DNA of 45,796 bases from Welwitschia mirabilis (GCA_051453625.1 JBOZIK010000001.1:8246940-8292735), one strand, 5' to 3'; counted from the first letter of the stretch, positions 1-12,239 are shown. Numbers and translations: made by a program. Notes: generated by a model from the sequence alone, not told the origin.

Positions 1-632
1 TGATCATTGAGCATATGAGGTCTATTCTTTATGGACATGTTCATTCTATGGATCCATTACAAAATGATTCAACATAAAAATGACACAATATTTACTAATA
101 TGCAATGCATTTTTCCTTTAAAGCTTCATAAGATAAAACCATAATAGCATTTGCCATAAAACAAAGATTGGAGTATACAGAATCTATGGATAAAGATGAA
201 ATTTTATCATTGAGCATAATTGTTGCCATCCTTTATTTTACTATTNNNNNNNNNNNNNNNNNNNNNNNNNNNNNNNNNNNNNNNNNNNNNNNNNNNNNNN
301 NNNNNNNNNNNNNNNNNNNNNNNNNNNNNNNNNNNNNNNNNNNNTCTTGTTGATGAGGCCATAATTTTCATTTGTATTCTCCTTTGTGAGTGGAATGCAG
401 ACTTCGGAGTTGCATTCCTTCGCGTTCTACTTTATCATCCTTAAAAGATGCACTATTTTGATCCTTATGGTTATTTGAGGTATGGCATGCAATTAAAGCC
501 AGTCATACAACACTCATAGTGGATTAAATTTACTTGCATAAATTCATTCATAATAACCTCATTACACACATTGCAACCATAACACACACCCACCCACCCC
601 AATGTAGTGTCATAGAAATTTGTGGTGTTACA
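1..632 (-). repeat. 3' LTR of element B (truncated by the window edge)
   Basis: Homologous to ~16978-17547 and ~18090-18664. On the - strand it begins TGTAACACC directly after a polypurine tract. Confidence 0.75.
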
Positions 633-655
633 TTATTCTCCCCTTAAGAATTTTC
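633..655 (-). promoter_or_regulatory. Polypurine tract of element B
   Basis: The - strand reads GAAAATTCTTAAGGGGAGAATAA|TGTAACAC, the typical Tekay PPT/LTR junction. Confidence 0.65.
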
Positions 656-1341
656 CATATCTAGAAGCTATTTAAGAAATTTAACACTCTAATAATAATC
701 ATTACTAAATTGATTAAGAAATGGATCCAAACCTAAGGTCTTAAACCAAGTATGATAACCTGGTCTTTGGATTAAACTTAAAAGGCACTAAAGTTTTTTT
801 GAAATTTGTATTATAATTACATGATTAGCCATTGTAGTAAATTAATTAGGTTTTGATTGAGATACTTAGCTCTCAGTTCCCATAGGCTATACCTATCACG
901 TCCATTGTTTTAATTATAAAGACTTAGCTTAAATTTTTAATAATTTTGTTGTTATAGGATCTTCAAGCTAATTTAGTTATTGTACTTATTTTTTTTAATC
1001 ATTGAGATATAATTATATCATGGAAATTTATGCTACAATTATTATTTTAAGTCCTTTTATTCTATAATAGCCATAATATTATTCTTGTTGTAAATCCTTG
1101 GTAATTTACTTATGATCTTTAGTGGTTATAGTAGTGGTCATGTTATCAAATAAGTTAGTGGTTGCATTAATATTAATTTCTTTGTGTAATTATTATACTT
1201 TTCTTTATATCACATAGAAAATGTATTTTGATGTGGCTCATCTTAAATTATTTCTTTTAGTAAATTTGTTATTTATTATGATAAATATTATGCACTTAGT
1301 AACCTAGCAAGGTAATGATTAGGGATTAGGGAATCCCTACT

Positions 1342-1408
1342 ATTTCCACCACCTTCACCACTTTAACTACTTTCACTACCTTTACCACTTACACCACTTT
1401 TACCACTC
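1342..1408 (+). repeat. Degenerate 9-bp tandem repeat (TTCACCACT-like, ~7 units) in LTR A
   Basis: The sequence reads ttccaccac cttcaccac tttaactac tttcactac ctttaccac ttacaccac ttttaccac. A shorter version lies at ~10741-10785 in the 3' LTR. Confidence 0.8.
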
Positions 1409-1465
1409 TCTTTAATGATGGTATCTCTTCATGTCTTTGTGTCTTTTTATATCTTATATCCTTGG

Positions 1466-1476
1466 CTATAAATAGG
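1466..1476 (+). promoter_or_regulatory. TATA box of the element A 5' LTR (CTATAAATAGG)
   Basis: Canonical plant LTR TATA motif followed by a pyrimidine-rich leader. The aligned site in the 3' LTR (~10840-10852) is mutated to TTTAGAAATGG. Confidence 0.65.
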
Positions 1477-3295
1477 ATCTTATTCTTCTCTTATTTCATA
1501 TCTTAAGAAAATCCTTTACTATCGAATCTTGACGACTTTAATCCTGAAGCTTCCAAAAGCCTTGATGCCTTGGAATATTTAGGAGTTCTTGAGTCTTTAT
1601 TTTAATTTAGGTATGATTCATGGTTTTTTTTTACTTATTTTATTACATAGTCCTTATCTCTTAATCTTGCATAATCTTTATTTTTGAATGACTTCAATAT
1701 TTATTTTAATTCCTATAAGGTTTTTCTTGCATATCATTTAAAGTTTCTTGTTTTATTCATATTACATATACCTCGTGTTAGTGCTTTATTAGAAACTTAC
1801 ATCATAATTCTTACTGATCTTGTTTAAGTCTTGTGATGAGTTTTATGATGGATTTAACTTGTTTGATTACTAAAATTATCTTGAAGATTTCTAAATAACA
1901 GAACTAAAACTAGCTAGGATAACTAGTTATTTAGACTTCAGGTAGTGATACTCCCTAAAGGGAGTCATGAGGCTGTGGGATTGAACCTTCAAGATGAATA
2001 GGAAAAATTTAACCAATTTATCATTTGTCCCTCCTATTTATGTACAACTATATTACTAAAATAAATTATAGAATAATAGTGTTAAAAAAATGATTTAAAA
2101 TGAGGTCTTAGTTACTTTTGAAATGATTTTGGCATTGTACATCTTAGATTATTCTTGGTACCTCTTTAATTATTTTGGCAATGTAAATTGTTTTGTTAGT
2201 TTACCTTAGAATTTCTTACCTTGTACTTGCAACCCCATACTAATCCATACCTTGCCATGGACCATACTAGGAACTGTGCAGGTTATAGTTTTCATGTCAT
2301 GCTTGCATGTGTAGGAAATTCTATAAGAGATTATGTGGAAAGGAGTTAATATCATGCTAGGTGTTGTCTATGTGATTTCATATTTATAAAATATTTATGT
2401 ATTATTTAACTCTCCTTGCTTTTTATTTAACTACATGCATATATTTGAAGGACCTTAAACATCCTAATGAATTGTAATATTTATGTGAACATGATGCTAG
2501 TTATTGTATTCAAATTTATTTGCNNNNNNNNNNNNNNNNNNNNNNNNNNNNNNNNNNNNNNNNNNNNNNNNNNNNNNNNNNNNNNNNNNNNNNNNNNNNN
2601 NNNNNNNNNNNNNNNNNNNNNNNTATTGAAATAAATTATGGAATAATAGTGTTAAAAAAAAATTGAAATGAGGTCTTAGTTGCTTTTGAAATGATTTGGC
2701 ATTGTACATCTTAGATTATTCTTGATACCTGTTTAATTATTTTGGAAATGTAAATTGTTTTGTTAGTTTACCTTAGAATTCCTTACTTTGTACTTGAAAC
2801 CCCATACTAATCCATACCTTGCCATGGACCATACTAGGAACTCTGCAGGTTATAGTTTTCATGTCATGCTTGCATGTGCAGGAAATTCTATAAGAGATTA
2901 TATGGAAAGGAGTTAACATCATGCTAGGTGTCATCTATGTGATTTCATATTTATAAAATATTTATGTATTATTGAACTCTCCTTGCTTTTTATTTAACTA
3001 CATGCATATATTTGAAGGACCTTAGACATCCTAATGAATTGTAATATTTATGTGAACATGATGCTAGTTATTATATTCAAATTTATTTGCAAGTGTTAAT
3101 TACTCTCCTTTAACGTAAAATTATTTGAGAAATACATTTATGTAGAATGTAAAATATAAATTAAGTTATAGATAATACTATTATCATCTAATGAATATTG
3201 AAATTTTCAAGTGAATGATCAAGTTTTCTAGACATCTATTAGGAGTTAAAATTCAAGATAAAATTTTAGGTTATGAAAACCTAGATATTACATTT

Positions 3296-3307
3296 TTGTA
3301 TCAAACC
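3296..3307 (+). promoter_or_regulatory. Degenerate tRNA-iMet primer-binding site of element A
   Basis: TTGTATCAAACC(TTAGGTT) lies 3 nt after the LTR-terminal CA. The consensus is TGGTATCAGAGC. Confidence 0.7.
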
Positions 3308-3519
3308 TTAGGTTGTGATTTTATTGGGTATAATTATTATTAAAATTTTTGATAAAAATGCTTTAATTATAAATTAGAATATGTAGCATAACTTCTATCA
3401 TGTAAGGAAAATTAGAAGCATTATGTTATAGAGGTTTACTACTAATGACAAGAACATCTGAAATATTTTAGATTCAACAGATAGGGAGTTATGCATAATA
3501 GATATTCTAGCCTCTTTTT

Positions 3520-4421
3520 TGCTTAGGGTTCTTTAACCATTAGTATACTATAAAAAGCTAAGAGGTTTCTCTTTAGTGTAAGCCTCATGTGAGTTTACTC
3601 TCTTTAACTATGGAAGCTTCATTTTTGGAATCAATAATTTTATTGTTAATAAGGACAACACTATTGTTTATCCTTGATGTAGCTTTACCCATTCACATGA
3701 TCTAGAGACATTGAGTTAGAAGTGACTTGACTAAGATATTTATAGTATTAATGAGATATAACGTGTTTTAGACCATATTAACTTATGAAAATGCAGAAAC
3801 TAGGGTTTGTATATGCCAATTCTTTATTCTTCATTTTATGAATTGGTTTCAATTCTAAGAATGCAACAAAATTAGGCTATAGTATTTGTAAGTAAGAGTT
3901 GTGGACATGAACATTTCTTTCAATTAAAAGGCATGGGGCATTAACACTAAGCAAAGTAATAAAAAAGCATTCAAATGTAAAGAAACATTAGGGTTTTGTT
4001 TTAAAATGCAATAATTCAAGGGATTTGTCTTCATATGAGCATTCTCATAAACTATTAGGGTTATAATATTAATAAATTTTTAGTTTTCTACACATCTGAG
4101 TAGAAATAAGGATTTGATACTACTAGTCATTAGAGAATAAGGTTATTATGGATGTATCATTGAGTTTCTTAGCATAAAAAATAGATTGAAGGATGCTCTT
4201 CGGGAATTGCTTGAAACTAGTGGAACCTTTGGAATGGACTTGATTAGATATTCATGAGTTAAAATAAGAGATAGAATGGCCAAATTCATAAGAGTATAAA
4301 TAACAGTATATTATTTTTATGAGTTATACCTTCAAGAACTTGAGGAATCCTTAACATAGTGGATCTGGTTCCCCATGATTCTATAGATGTATAGTATCCT
4401 GACTTATTTGAAACTACATAA
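3520..4421 (+). pseudogene. Heavily eroded and internally deleted Tekay-like gag/protease/pol-end remnant
   Basis: Motif fragments occur in the expected order: *GSLTI (cf. QGSMTV), KSCGHEH and GFCFK-C (double zinc knuckle, ~3885-4025), FGMDLI (cf. LGMDWL, ~4228-4245), VDLVP (cf. IDLVP, ~4359-4373), then *YPDLF (cf. the QYPxLF terminus of Tekay pol). There are many stops and frameshifts. Confidence 0.5.
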
Positions 4422-4859
4422 GGTTATCTCTTATTATTTGACATGTCTTTATGCACTAATAAATTCCTATGTCATTGTTAATTCAAGGCACACAAAGGAG
4501 TTCTTAGTAACTATAGAAACATAGGCTTCCACTTTTCTTAAAAGATCTCAATTCATTCACATTTGCTTTCTTGATTTTATCTAAGAACTAGTGATTGAGG
4601 TCATAGCGGAAACATAACAACATCCTAGACTTTTAAAAATCATACATGAGTAGGGAGGTTTTATTTAAAACTCCTACCAAGTAATGAATAATGCATAATA
4701 ACCTTGAGCATTCAAATCATCACTAGATGTATACTACTGAGATGAATACTTTTTAATGTTTGTTTTAAAGTTCTAATTTCTTTCTTTAATTACATTTTCT
4801 CTAGATTTGTGTCAGATTTCCTTCCAATCATAGAATCCATGTATTCATGAAAAATTTGA

Positions 4860-7800
4860 AGCTCTTATTACATTATGAGGATAACTTCACCCATCTCAAC
4901 ATTAACCTATTATGGAATTACGTTTCCTAACTTTTATTAATATTATAATAGCAAGGAGACTAGGAATAATGAGTAAGAAAACTGAGACGAAAGATAGTGA
5001 CACATTTAAATGAGTGCTAAAAAAGCATGATAACTGTTTCAAAAAATGCTAAATAAAATTTTTGTATCATGGAAGTGCTTATTAATGTATATTGCATATT
5101 TGGTAATATAGAACAAGCTAGAATTTTATTTGATGTGATGCCTGAGAAGATAGCATAGGGAAGAAGATTTAATACACTCTTAGAAAGAGACATTGTAACA
5201 TTNNNNNNNNNNNNNNNNNNNNNNNNNNNNNNNNNNNNNNNNNNNNNNNNNNNNNNNNNNNNNNNNNNNNNNNNNNNNNNNNNNNNNNNNNNNNNNNNNN
5301 NNCATCTAATAATTGGTGATTGAGGTCATAGTGGAAACATAACAACATCCCAGACTTTTAAAAATCATACATCAGTAGGAAGATTTTATTTAAAACCCCT
5401 ACCAAGTAATGAATAATGCATAATAACCTTGAGCATCCAAATTATCACTAGATGTATACTACTCAGATGAATCATTTTTAATGTTTGTTTTAGAGTTCTA
5501 ATTTCTTCCTTTAGTTACATTTTCTCTAAATTTGTGTCAGATTTCCTTTCAATTATAGAATCAATCTCTTCATGAAAAACTTGAAGTTCTTATTGCATTA
5601 TGAGGATAACTTCACCCATCGCAACATTAATATGTTATGGAATTACTTTTCCTAACTTTTATTAATACTATAATAGTAAGAAGACTAGGAATAATGAGTA
5701 AGAAAACTAAGACGAAAAATAGTGGCACATTCAAATGAGTGCTACAAGAGCATGATAACTATTTAAAAAAATGCTGAATAAAATTTTCATATCATGGAAG
5801 TGCTAATTAATGTATATTGCATATTTGGTAATATAGAAGAAGCTAGAATTTTATTTGATGTGATGCCTGAGAAGATAGCATAGGGGAAAAAGATTTGACA
5901 CATTCTTAGAAAGAGAAGTTGTAACATTATATGAGGGATTCAATATCTTTAAGTCTTATGAATCCTATGAATCAACTACAAGTAAAAGATGTGTATTCTA
6001 AGCATGAATAGTCGTGTTGTATAGAGACTAGTATCTTAGAATTATGGATCAATGATTTTCTAGAAATTTTTCTAGATAATTCTGACAAAGGGGGGAAATT
6101 GATTTTGTAATTATCACTTGCCTATTAAACTGTAAAAGGATGTTAGTAAAGCTTGGAGAGTATGTTGATAATCTAGTTAATAGAATTAGCTTAAATAGTA
6201 TGCATCTAGATGAGGTTCTTTGAGCTATTGTAAGTGTCATATTAGTTTTATTTCAGTTCTTTGAATTTTAACACTTCTAAAGAGATTATTTCTTTTGTCC
6301 TTAATCTTTGTGATTTTTTCTTAATAAAATTTGAAATAGCTTTTAATAGAGTAAAGGAGTGTGATGCAATGTATTATCTATTACCCAAGATTATGTGAAA
6401 TAAATAAGAACATTCAGGTATCACCATTGTTTTCTATTTGTCTAATTATAAGTGCATTGTTTGCAGTGGTAGAGTCTCCAAGACTTCTATTTACAAGTTT
6501 GATTCTTTTTTCATGAGACCTTTTCAGTAATGGTATCAAAGGCCATTCAGGAAATAGCTTGCTTAGAGTATTTTATATGTTTGCATTGCTATTATGAAAA
6601 AGAACCATAACTCAAGAGGTTTCTTTGTAATGGGTATATGGCTACTATTATTTTATCTATTGAAAAGGTTGTTTATTTCCAAATCAATAAGGAATTTATT
6701 CATAGATGACATATTTGATTATTAAAAATTGTAAGTATGATGTAAGTGCTTTATGCCAATTATAGCTTTACCTAATGCTCTAATCAATTGTGAAAGTTAT
6801 AACTAAACATGCCATGGAATAATAAATGGATCTCTAATTTAATCTTTGACATTTTCTCTTCTATTGACATTAAAACAAATAACATCGAAACTATCATCTT
6901 ATCAATGTCTCAATGGTTACTTCTACAAGTTGATGGTATGAATTAACTTTCCATTGTATTTTCCATTGCATTCTATGATTCTACCTTATCAATGATTATT
7001 CAAGGCTAAAATCATAGCATTTTAACTTTAAATAATCTAGTGCTATTGAATATGAGAAGCATGAAGAAGAGCTCATCTTGAAAGCTTTTTTGGAATATAA
7101 TTCACAAGTCAAGACATTGCATATTGAAGTAAATCATATGTACAAACTTTATGTAGTGTTAGGTATCCATTCAAGGTTTTAAAATAATTTGTATAATAAC
7201 AATATAAGGTGATTAGTATTTTGAGTAGGGAAGGTATATCATGAAAATGTTTATTTAATAAGTAAATTTCTTATACTATTTCAAAATGCTAATACAAAGC
7301 CAATGTTTGGTATCATCCTCTTAATCTTTCCTTTTTATGGCTCTATCTCTTTTATCTTATCTTTTTACATCATTATTTTCATTCATATATTTTCATGTAA
7401 CTTTTATAAAACATGTGGATTAAGTGTTCAATTAAAGTTTATTCATAATGATATAAATAGTACTTTGCAAAATAAAATAATCCAAGTTGGATGTTTGATT
7501 CCTTAAAATTGAGCTAATTTAAAATAAAACAAAATATACTTGTTTGGCTTGATAAGTGCTTTCACATCTTCTTCCTTTAAATATGCATTACCTTACTATA
7601 TAAATCATCAAAATTACATGTCCATAAAGCACATAACATAGAAGCCTTTAATTAGAATTGTAAGGTAATACATATGTATTAGGTTTTATCAAGAATTCAC
7701 AATAAATGAAACAATAGTTTGGTTTTGAGTATTGGTTTCTATTAAAAACATTCAATTTGGAGTTTACATTTTGCAAAATGAATGGTGTATTTTTAGTCAC

Positions 7801-9180
7801 AGACTTTAATAGAAATTCTTCTAAACCATGAAGAGAAAGGCAAGAAAGCATAGTTAATCTTGTGTANNNNNNNNNNNNNNNNNNNNNNNNNNNNNNNNNN
7901 NNNNNNNNNNNNNNNNNNNNNNNNNNNNNNNNNNNNNNNNNNNNNNNNNNNNNNNNNNNNNNNNNNNNNNNNNNNNNNNNNNNNNNNNNNNNNNNNNNNN
8001 NNNNNNNNNNNNNNNNNNNNNNNNNNNNNNNNNNNNNNNNNNNNNNNNNNNNNNNNNNNNNNNNNNNNNNNNNNNNNNNNNNNNNNNNNNNNNNNNNNNN
8101 NNNNNNNNNNNNNNNNNNNNNNNNNNNNNNNNNNNNNNNNNNNNNNNNNNNNNNNNNNNNNNNNNNNNNNNNNNNNNNNNNNNNNNNNNNNNNNNNNNNN
8201 NNNNNNNNNNNNNNNNNNNNNNNNNNNNNNNNNNNNNNNNNNNNNNNNNNNNNNNNNNNNNNNNNNNNNNNNNNNNTCAATGTCTAATGCCTCTTAGATT
8301 TGCAAACTAAACAATGTTGAAGTCCTCTTGTTATTTTAATTAATATAATTACTATCTTTATTGAATCATTTTACTTCCTATATGGAGTTGTAATCTTTAT
8401 CTTATTTTATTTCTAATGAAGGTAACAAAGATAACTTTGTTAAAGATTATGGGTTTAAACTTTGATGTGTCTTCTTTTACATACTTTGAGGTTTTATGTA
8501 ATATTACATGATTAGGCATGTGTAATTTTTGATGGTTTAAAATTGATAGGGTATCCCAACAATTTTTAATAATGCCAATAAGGTCATCTAGATTGGTAGG
8601 ATACTCTTCTGCTATTTAATAAGTTATAGATTCAAACTGTTACTATATTTATACACTATGAGAATTAATCATTCTAGTAGTTTTTACTTATAGCAGTATT
8701 CCCAATAATTCTTCATCATTGAAAAGAAATATTTTTAATTCTATTTTGAAATATTTTCTCTTGGTCTTGGAAAAGCAAAATAATAATATAGAAAGAAAAA
8801 AGGATAAGAAATTTGTACTAAAAAAGTAGAGTGCAAAATCAAAATACATAGACCTAGAGAATAAAAAAAGCAATTACATGGTAACTATATTGGGATTTTG
8901 CTTATATTATATGAAAATTTACAATTTGAAACTCAAAGGACATAGATTTAAAGCATCACTAGAAGAAATAGTAAGGTCTTAAAACCATTAGAAGCTTAAA
9001 AAAAAATTACCATTTAGAAGATCCATCAAAATAAGAATTTCTAACAATACTAATAGCTTTAATACTTGTTGAAAATCCATATATATTACATGACCAACTA
9101 AGAATCAATAAGAGTCTATATTTATCATATCTTTTCATACATTGATCATGATAATGCATTCCATGTTATCTGCTCTTGGT
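4860..9180 (+). pseudogene. Eroded PLS-class pentatricopeptide repeat (PPR) gene inside element A, possibly E+/DYW subclass
   Basis: The best motif is LINVYCIFGNIE(Q/E)ARILFDVMPEK (5078-5149, duplicate 5803-5874), matching the PLS consensus LIxMYxKCGxxExARxxFDxMPE. Other matches are NxxLWN (~4900), DSDTFK*VLK (~4995-5022), ERDIVT (~5183-5200), EIDFVIITCLLNC..KLGEYVDNLVNRISL (6095-6193), MSIKHIT*KPLI (~7618-7653) and *KFF*TMKRK (~7810-7839). A weaker E/DYW-like run lies at 8701-9180. Confidence 0.65.
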
Positions 9181-10319
9181 TTTTTCCATCGATTATAACT
9201 CTTACTTGTTAAACATAAAGCATTTAGTAGTTAAATACTATAATAGCTACTAACACATTGCACAATATATTCAGGTATAAAATTAGTAGTAAACTAAGAT
9301 TTAAGATTAAAGAGAAATTCAAATTTATAAAGCATAATAGTTAAGAGAGTCAAAATTAGAAGTAGTTGGAAATNNNNNNNNNNNNNNNNNNNNNNNNNNN
9401 NNNNNNNNNNNNNNNNNNNNNNNNNNNNNNNNNNNNNNNNNNNNNNNNNNNNNNNNNNNNNNNNNNNNNNNNNNNNNNNNNNNNNNNNNNNNNNNNNNNN
9501 NNNNNNNNNNNNNNNNNNNNNNNNNNNNNNNNNNNNNNNNNNNNNNNNNNNNNNNNNNNNNNNNNNNNNNNNNTATAATTATTATTTTAAGTCCATTCAT
9601 TTTATAATAGCCATAATATTATTTTTATTATTAATCCTTGATAATTTAATTATGATCTTTAGTGGTGAAAATAGGGGTTATGTTAGTGAATCAGTTAACG
9701 GTTGCATTAATATTAATTTACTTGTGTAATTGTAACACTTTTTTTTATATATTGTAGAAAATATATTTTGAGGTGGCTTATTTTAAATTCTTTATTTTAG
9801 TAAATTCATTATTTATTATAATAAAAATTATGCATCCAATGGACTAGGAAGGTAATGATTAGGGATTACTAAATCCCTACCACTTCCACCATCTTCACCA
9901 CTNNNNNNNNNNNNNNNNNNNNNNNNNNNNNNNNNNNNNNNNNNNNNNNNNNNNNNNNNNNNNNNNNNNNNNNNNNNNNNNNNNNNNNNNNNNNNNNNNN
10001 NNAGCTTAAGAAAACATTACCATTTAGAAGATCCATCAAAATATGAATTTCTAATAATACTGATAGCTTTAATACTTGTTGAAAACCCATATATATTACA
10101 TGACCAACTAAGAATAAATAAGAGTCTATATTTATTACATCTTTTCATACATTGGTCATGATAATGCATTCACATGTTATCTACTCTTGGTTTTTTTCCA
10201 TCAGTTATAACTCTCACTTGTTAAACACAAAGCATTTAGTATTTAAATACTATCATAGATACTAACACATTGTACAATATATTTAGGTATAAAATTAGTA
10301 GTAAACTAAGATTTAAGGT

Positions 10320-12239
10320 TAAATGACTTAGCTTAAAATTTTAATAATTTTTTTGTTATATGATCCTCAAGCTAATTTAGTTATTGTACTAATTTTTATT
10401 ATTATTGAGATATAATTACATTATGAAAAATGTGTGCTATAATTATTATTTTAAGTCCATTCATTTTCTAATAGCCATAATATTATTTTCATTATTAATC
10501 CTTGATAATTTAATTATGATATTTAGTGGTGAAAATAGGGGTTATGTTAGTGAATAAGTTAATGATTGCATTAATATTAATTTACTTGTGTAATTGTAAT
10601 ACTTTTCTTTATATAATGTAGAAAATATATTTTGAGGTGGCTTATTTTAAATTCTTTATTTTAGTAAATTAATTATTTATTATAATAAATATTATGCATT
10701 TAATGGCCTGGCAAGGTAACGATTAGGGATTACTAAATCCCTACCACTTCCACCATTTTCACCACTTCCACCACCTTTACCACTCTTTTTATGATGGTAT
10801 CTTTTCATGTTCTCATGTATTTTTACATCCTATATCCTCTTTTAGAAATGGGAACTATTTCTTCTCTCATTCTGTATGTTAAGAAAATGCCTTTATATCA
10901 AATCTTCTTGACTTTAATCTTGGACCTTAAAAAAGCCTTGGAGCCTTGGAATCTTTAGGACTTCTCAAGTCTTCATTTTAATTTGGGTACGATTCATGTT
11001 TTTTCATTTAAGTTCTTGCATGGTTCTTATCTCTTGCATCTTATATAGGCTTTATTTTGAATTATTTAAATCTTTATTTTAGTTCCTATAAGGTTGTTTT
11101 TGCATATCATTAAAATTTCTTGTTNNNNNNNNNNNNNNNNNNNNNNNNNNNNNNNNNNNNNNNNNNNNNNNNNNNNNNNNNNNNNNNNNNNNNNNNNNNN
11201 NNNNNNNNNNNNNNNNNNNNNNNNATGTTTAAATCTTTATTTTAGTTCTTATAAGGTTGTTTTTGCATATCATTAGAAGTTGATTTTTTTATTCATATTA
11301 CATACACCTCATGTTAGTGCTTTCTTAGGAACTTACATTATTGCAATCCTTATTGATCTTGTTTAAATCTTGTAATAAGTTTTGTTATGATTTGACTTGT
11401 TTGGCTATTGACCTTGGCTTAAATATTTCTAAATAAGAAAATTAAAATTGACTAAGGTAACTAGTTGTTCAGAATTTAGGGAGTGATACTATCTTAAGGG
11501 AGTCCCAAGGTAATGGGACTAAACCTCTAGGATGAATAGGAAAAATGTGACCAATTTATCATTCATCCCTCCTAGTTGTGTGCAACTAGATTACTAAAAC
11601 ATATTATGAAATAATAGTTAAAGAAGATAATTTAAAATATTTTGGCATTGTACATCTTTAATTATTCTTGGTACCTCTTGGATTATTTTGGCAATACAGA
11701 TTGTTTTGGTAGTATACCTTGGAATTCCTTACCTTATAATTAGAACCCGATAGTAATCCATACCTTACCATGGGCCATACCAGGAACTGTGAAGGTTAAA
11801 GTTCTCATGCTATGTTTGCATGTGCAAGAAGTACTACAAGAAATAATCGGAAGAGGAGTTAATATCATGCTGTGTGTCATCTATGTGATTTCATATTTTT
11901 GAAGGATTTATGTATTTTTAAGCTCATCTTGATTTTTGTTTAGTAGAATGCATATATTTAAAGGACCTTAGATGTCCTAATGACTTCTAATACTTACGTG
12001 AATAAGGTACTAGTTATTGTATTCAGATTTATTTACAAGTANNNNNNNNNNCTCCTTTAACATAGAATTATTTAAGAAGTACATTTATTTAGATTGTGAA
12101 ATATGAATTAAGTTGTGGATAATACTATTATCATCTGATGATTATTGAAATTTTCAAGCATATGGTCAATTATCTAGACATATATTAGAGTTTAAAAATT
12201 TAAGATAGAATTTTAGATTGCAGAAACCTGGATATTACA
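10320..12239 (+). repeat. 3' LTR of element A (second haplotype-like copy; first ~25 bp missing). A partial first copy lies at 9574-9902.
   Basis: Colinear with 915-3292. It ends CCTGGATATTACA and is followed by the TSD ATACC. Confidence 0.85.

Larger units (their letters stand above)
894..3292 (+). repeat. 5' LTR of element A (inflated by a ~470 bp duplicated segment across the 2524-2623 gap)
   Basis: Colinear with 10320-12239 from about position 915 to the end. It contains a TATA box at 1466-1476 and a 9-bp repeat array, and is followed by the PBS. Confidence 0.85.
894..12239 (+). mobile_element. Element A: non-autonomous Ty3/gypsy LTR retrotransposon, Tekay/Del-like
   Basis: Two homologous LTRs (894-3292 and ~10320-12239) both end in ...GATATTACA. 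ATACC flanks the element on both sides (889-893 and 12240-12244). The 5' start TATCACGTCCA is an imperfect inverted repeat of the end TGGATATTACA. A PBS-like motif follows the first LTR, and there are gag zinc-knuckle remnants. Confidence 0.8.

Noticed and set aside
865-884. CTTAGCTCTCAGTTCCCA as a possible - strand PBS for element B
   Set aside because: Poor match to GCTCTGATACCA and no LTR-terminal TG motif next to it.
1319-1331. Telomere-like TTAGGGATTAGGG
   Set aside because: Only two imperfect units, and the second is absent from the other LTR copies. It is better explained as part of a hairpin.
6531-6541. PBS-like TGGTATCAAAG suggesting another nested element
   Set aside because: It is not preceded by an LTR end that has a second copy, and it falls within the PPR-like reading NGIKG.
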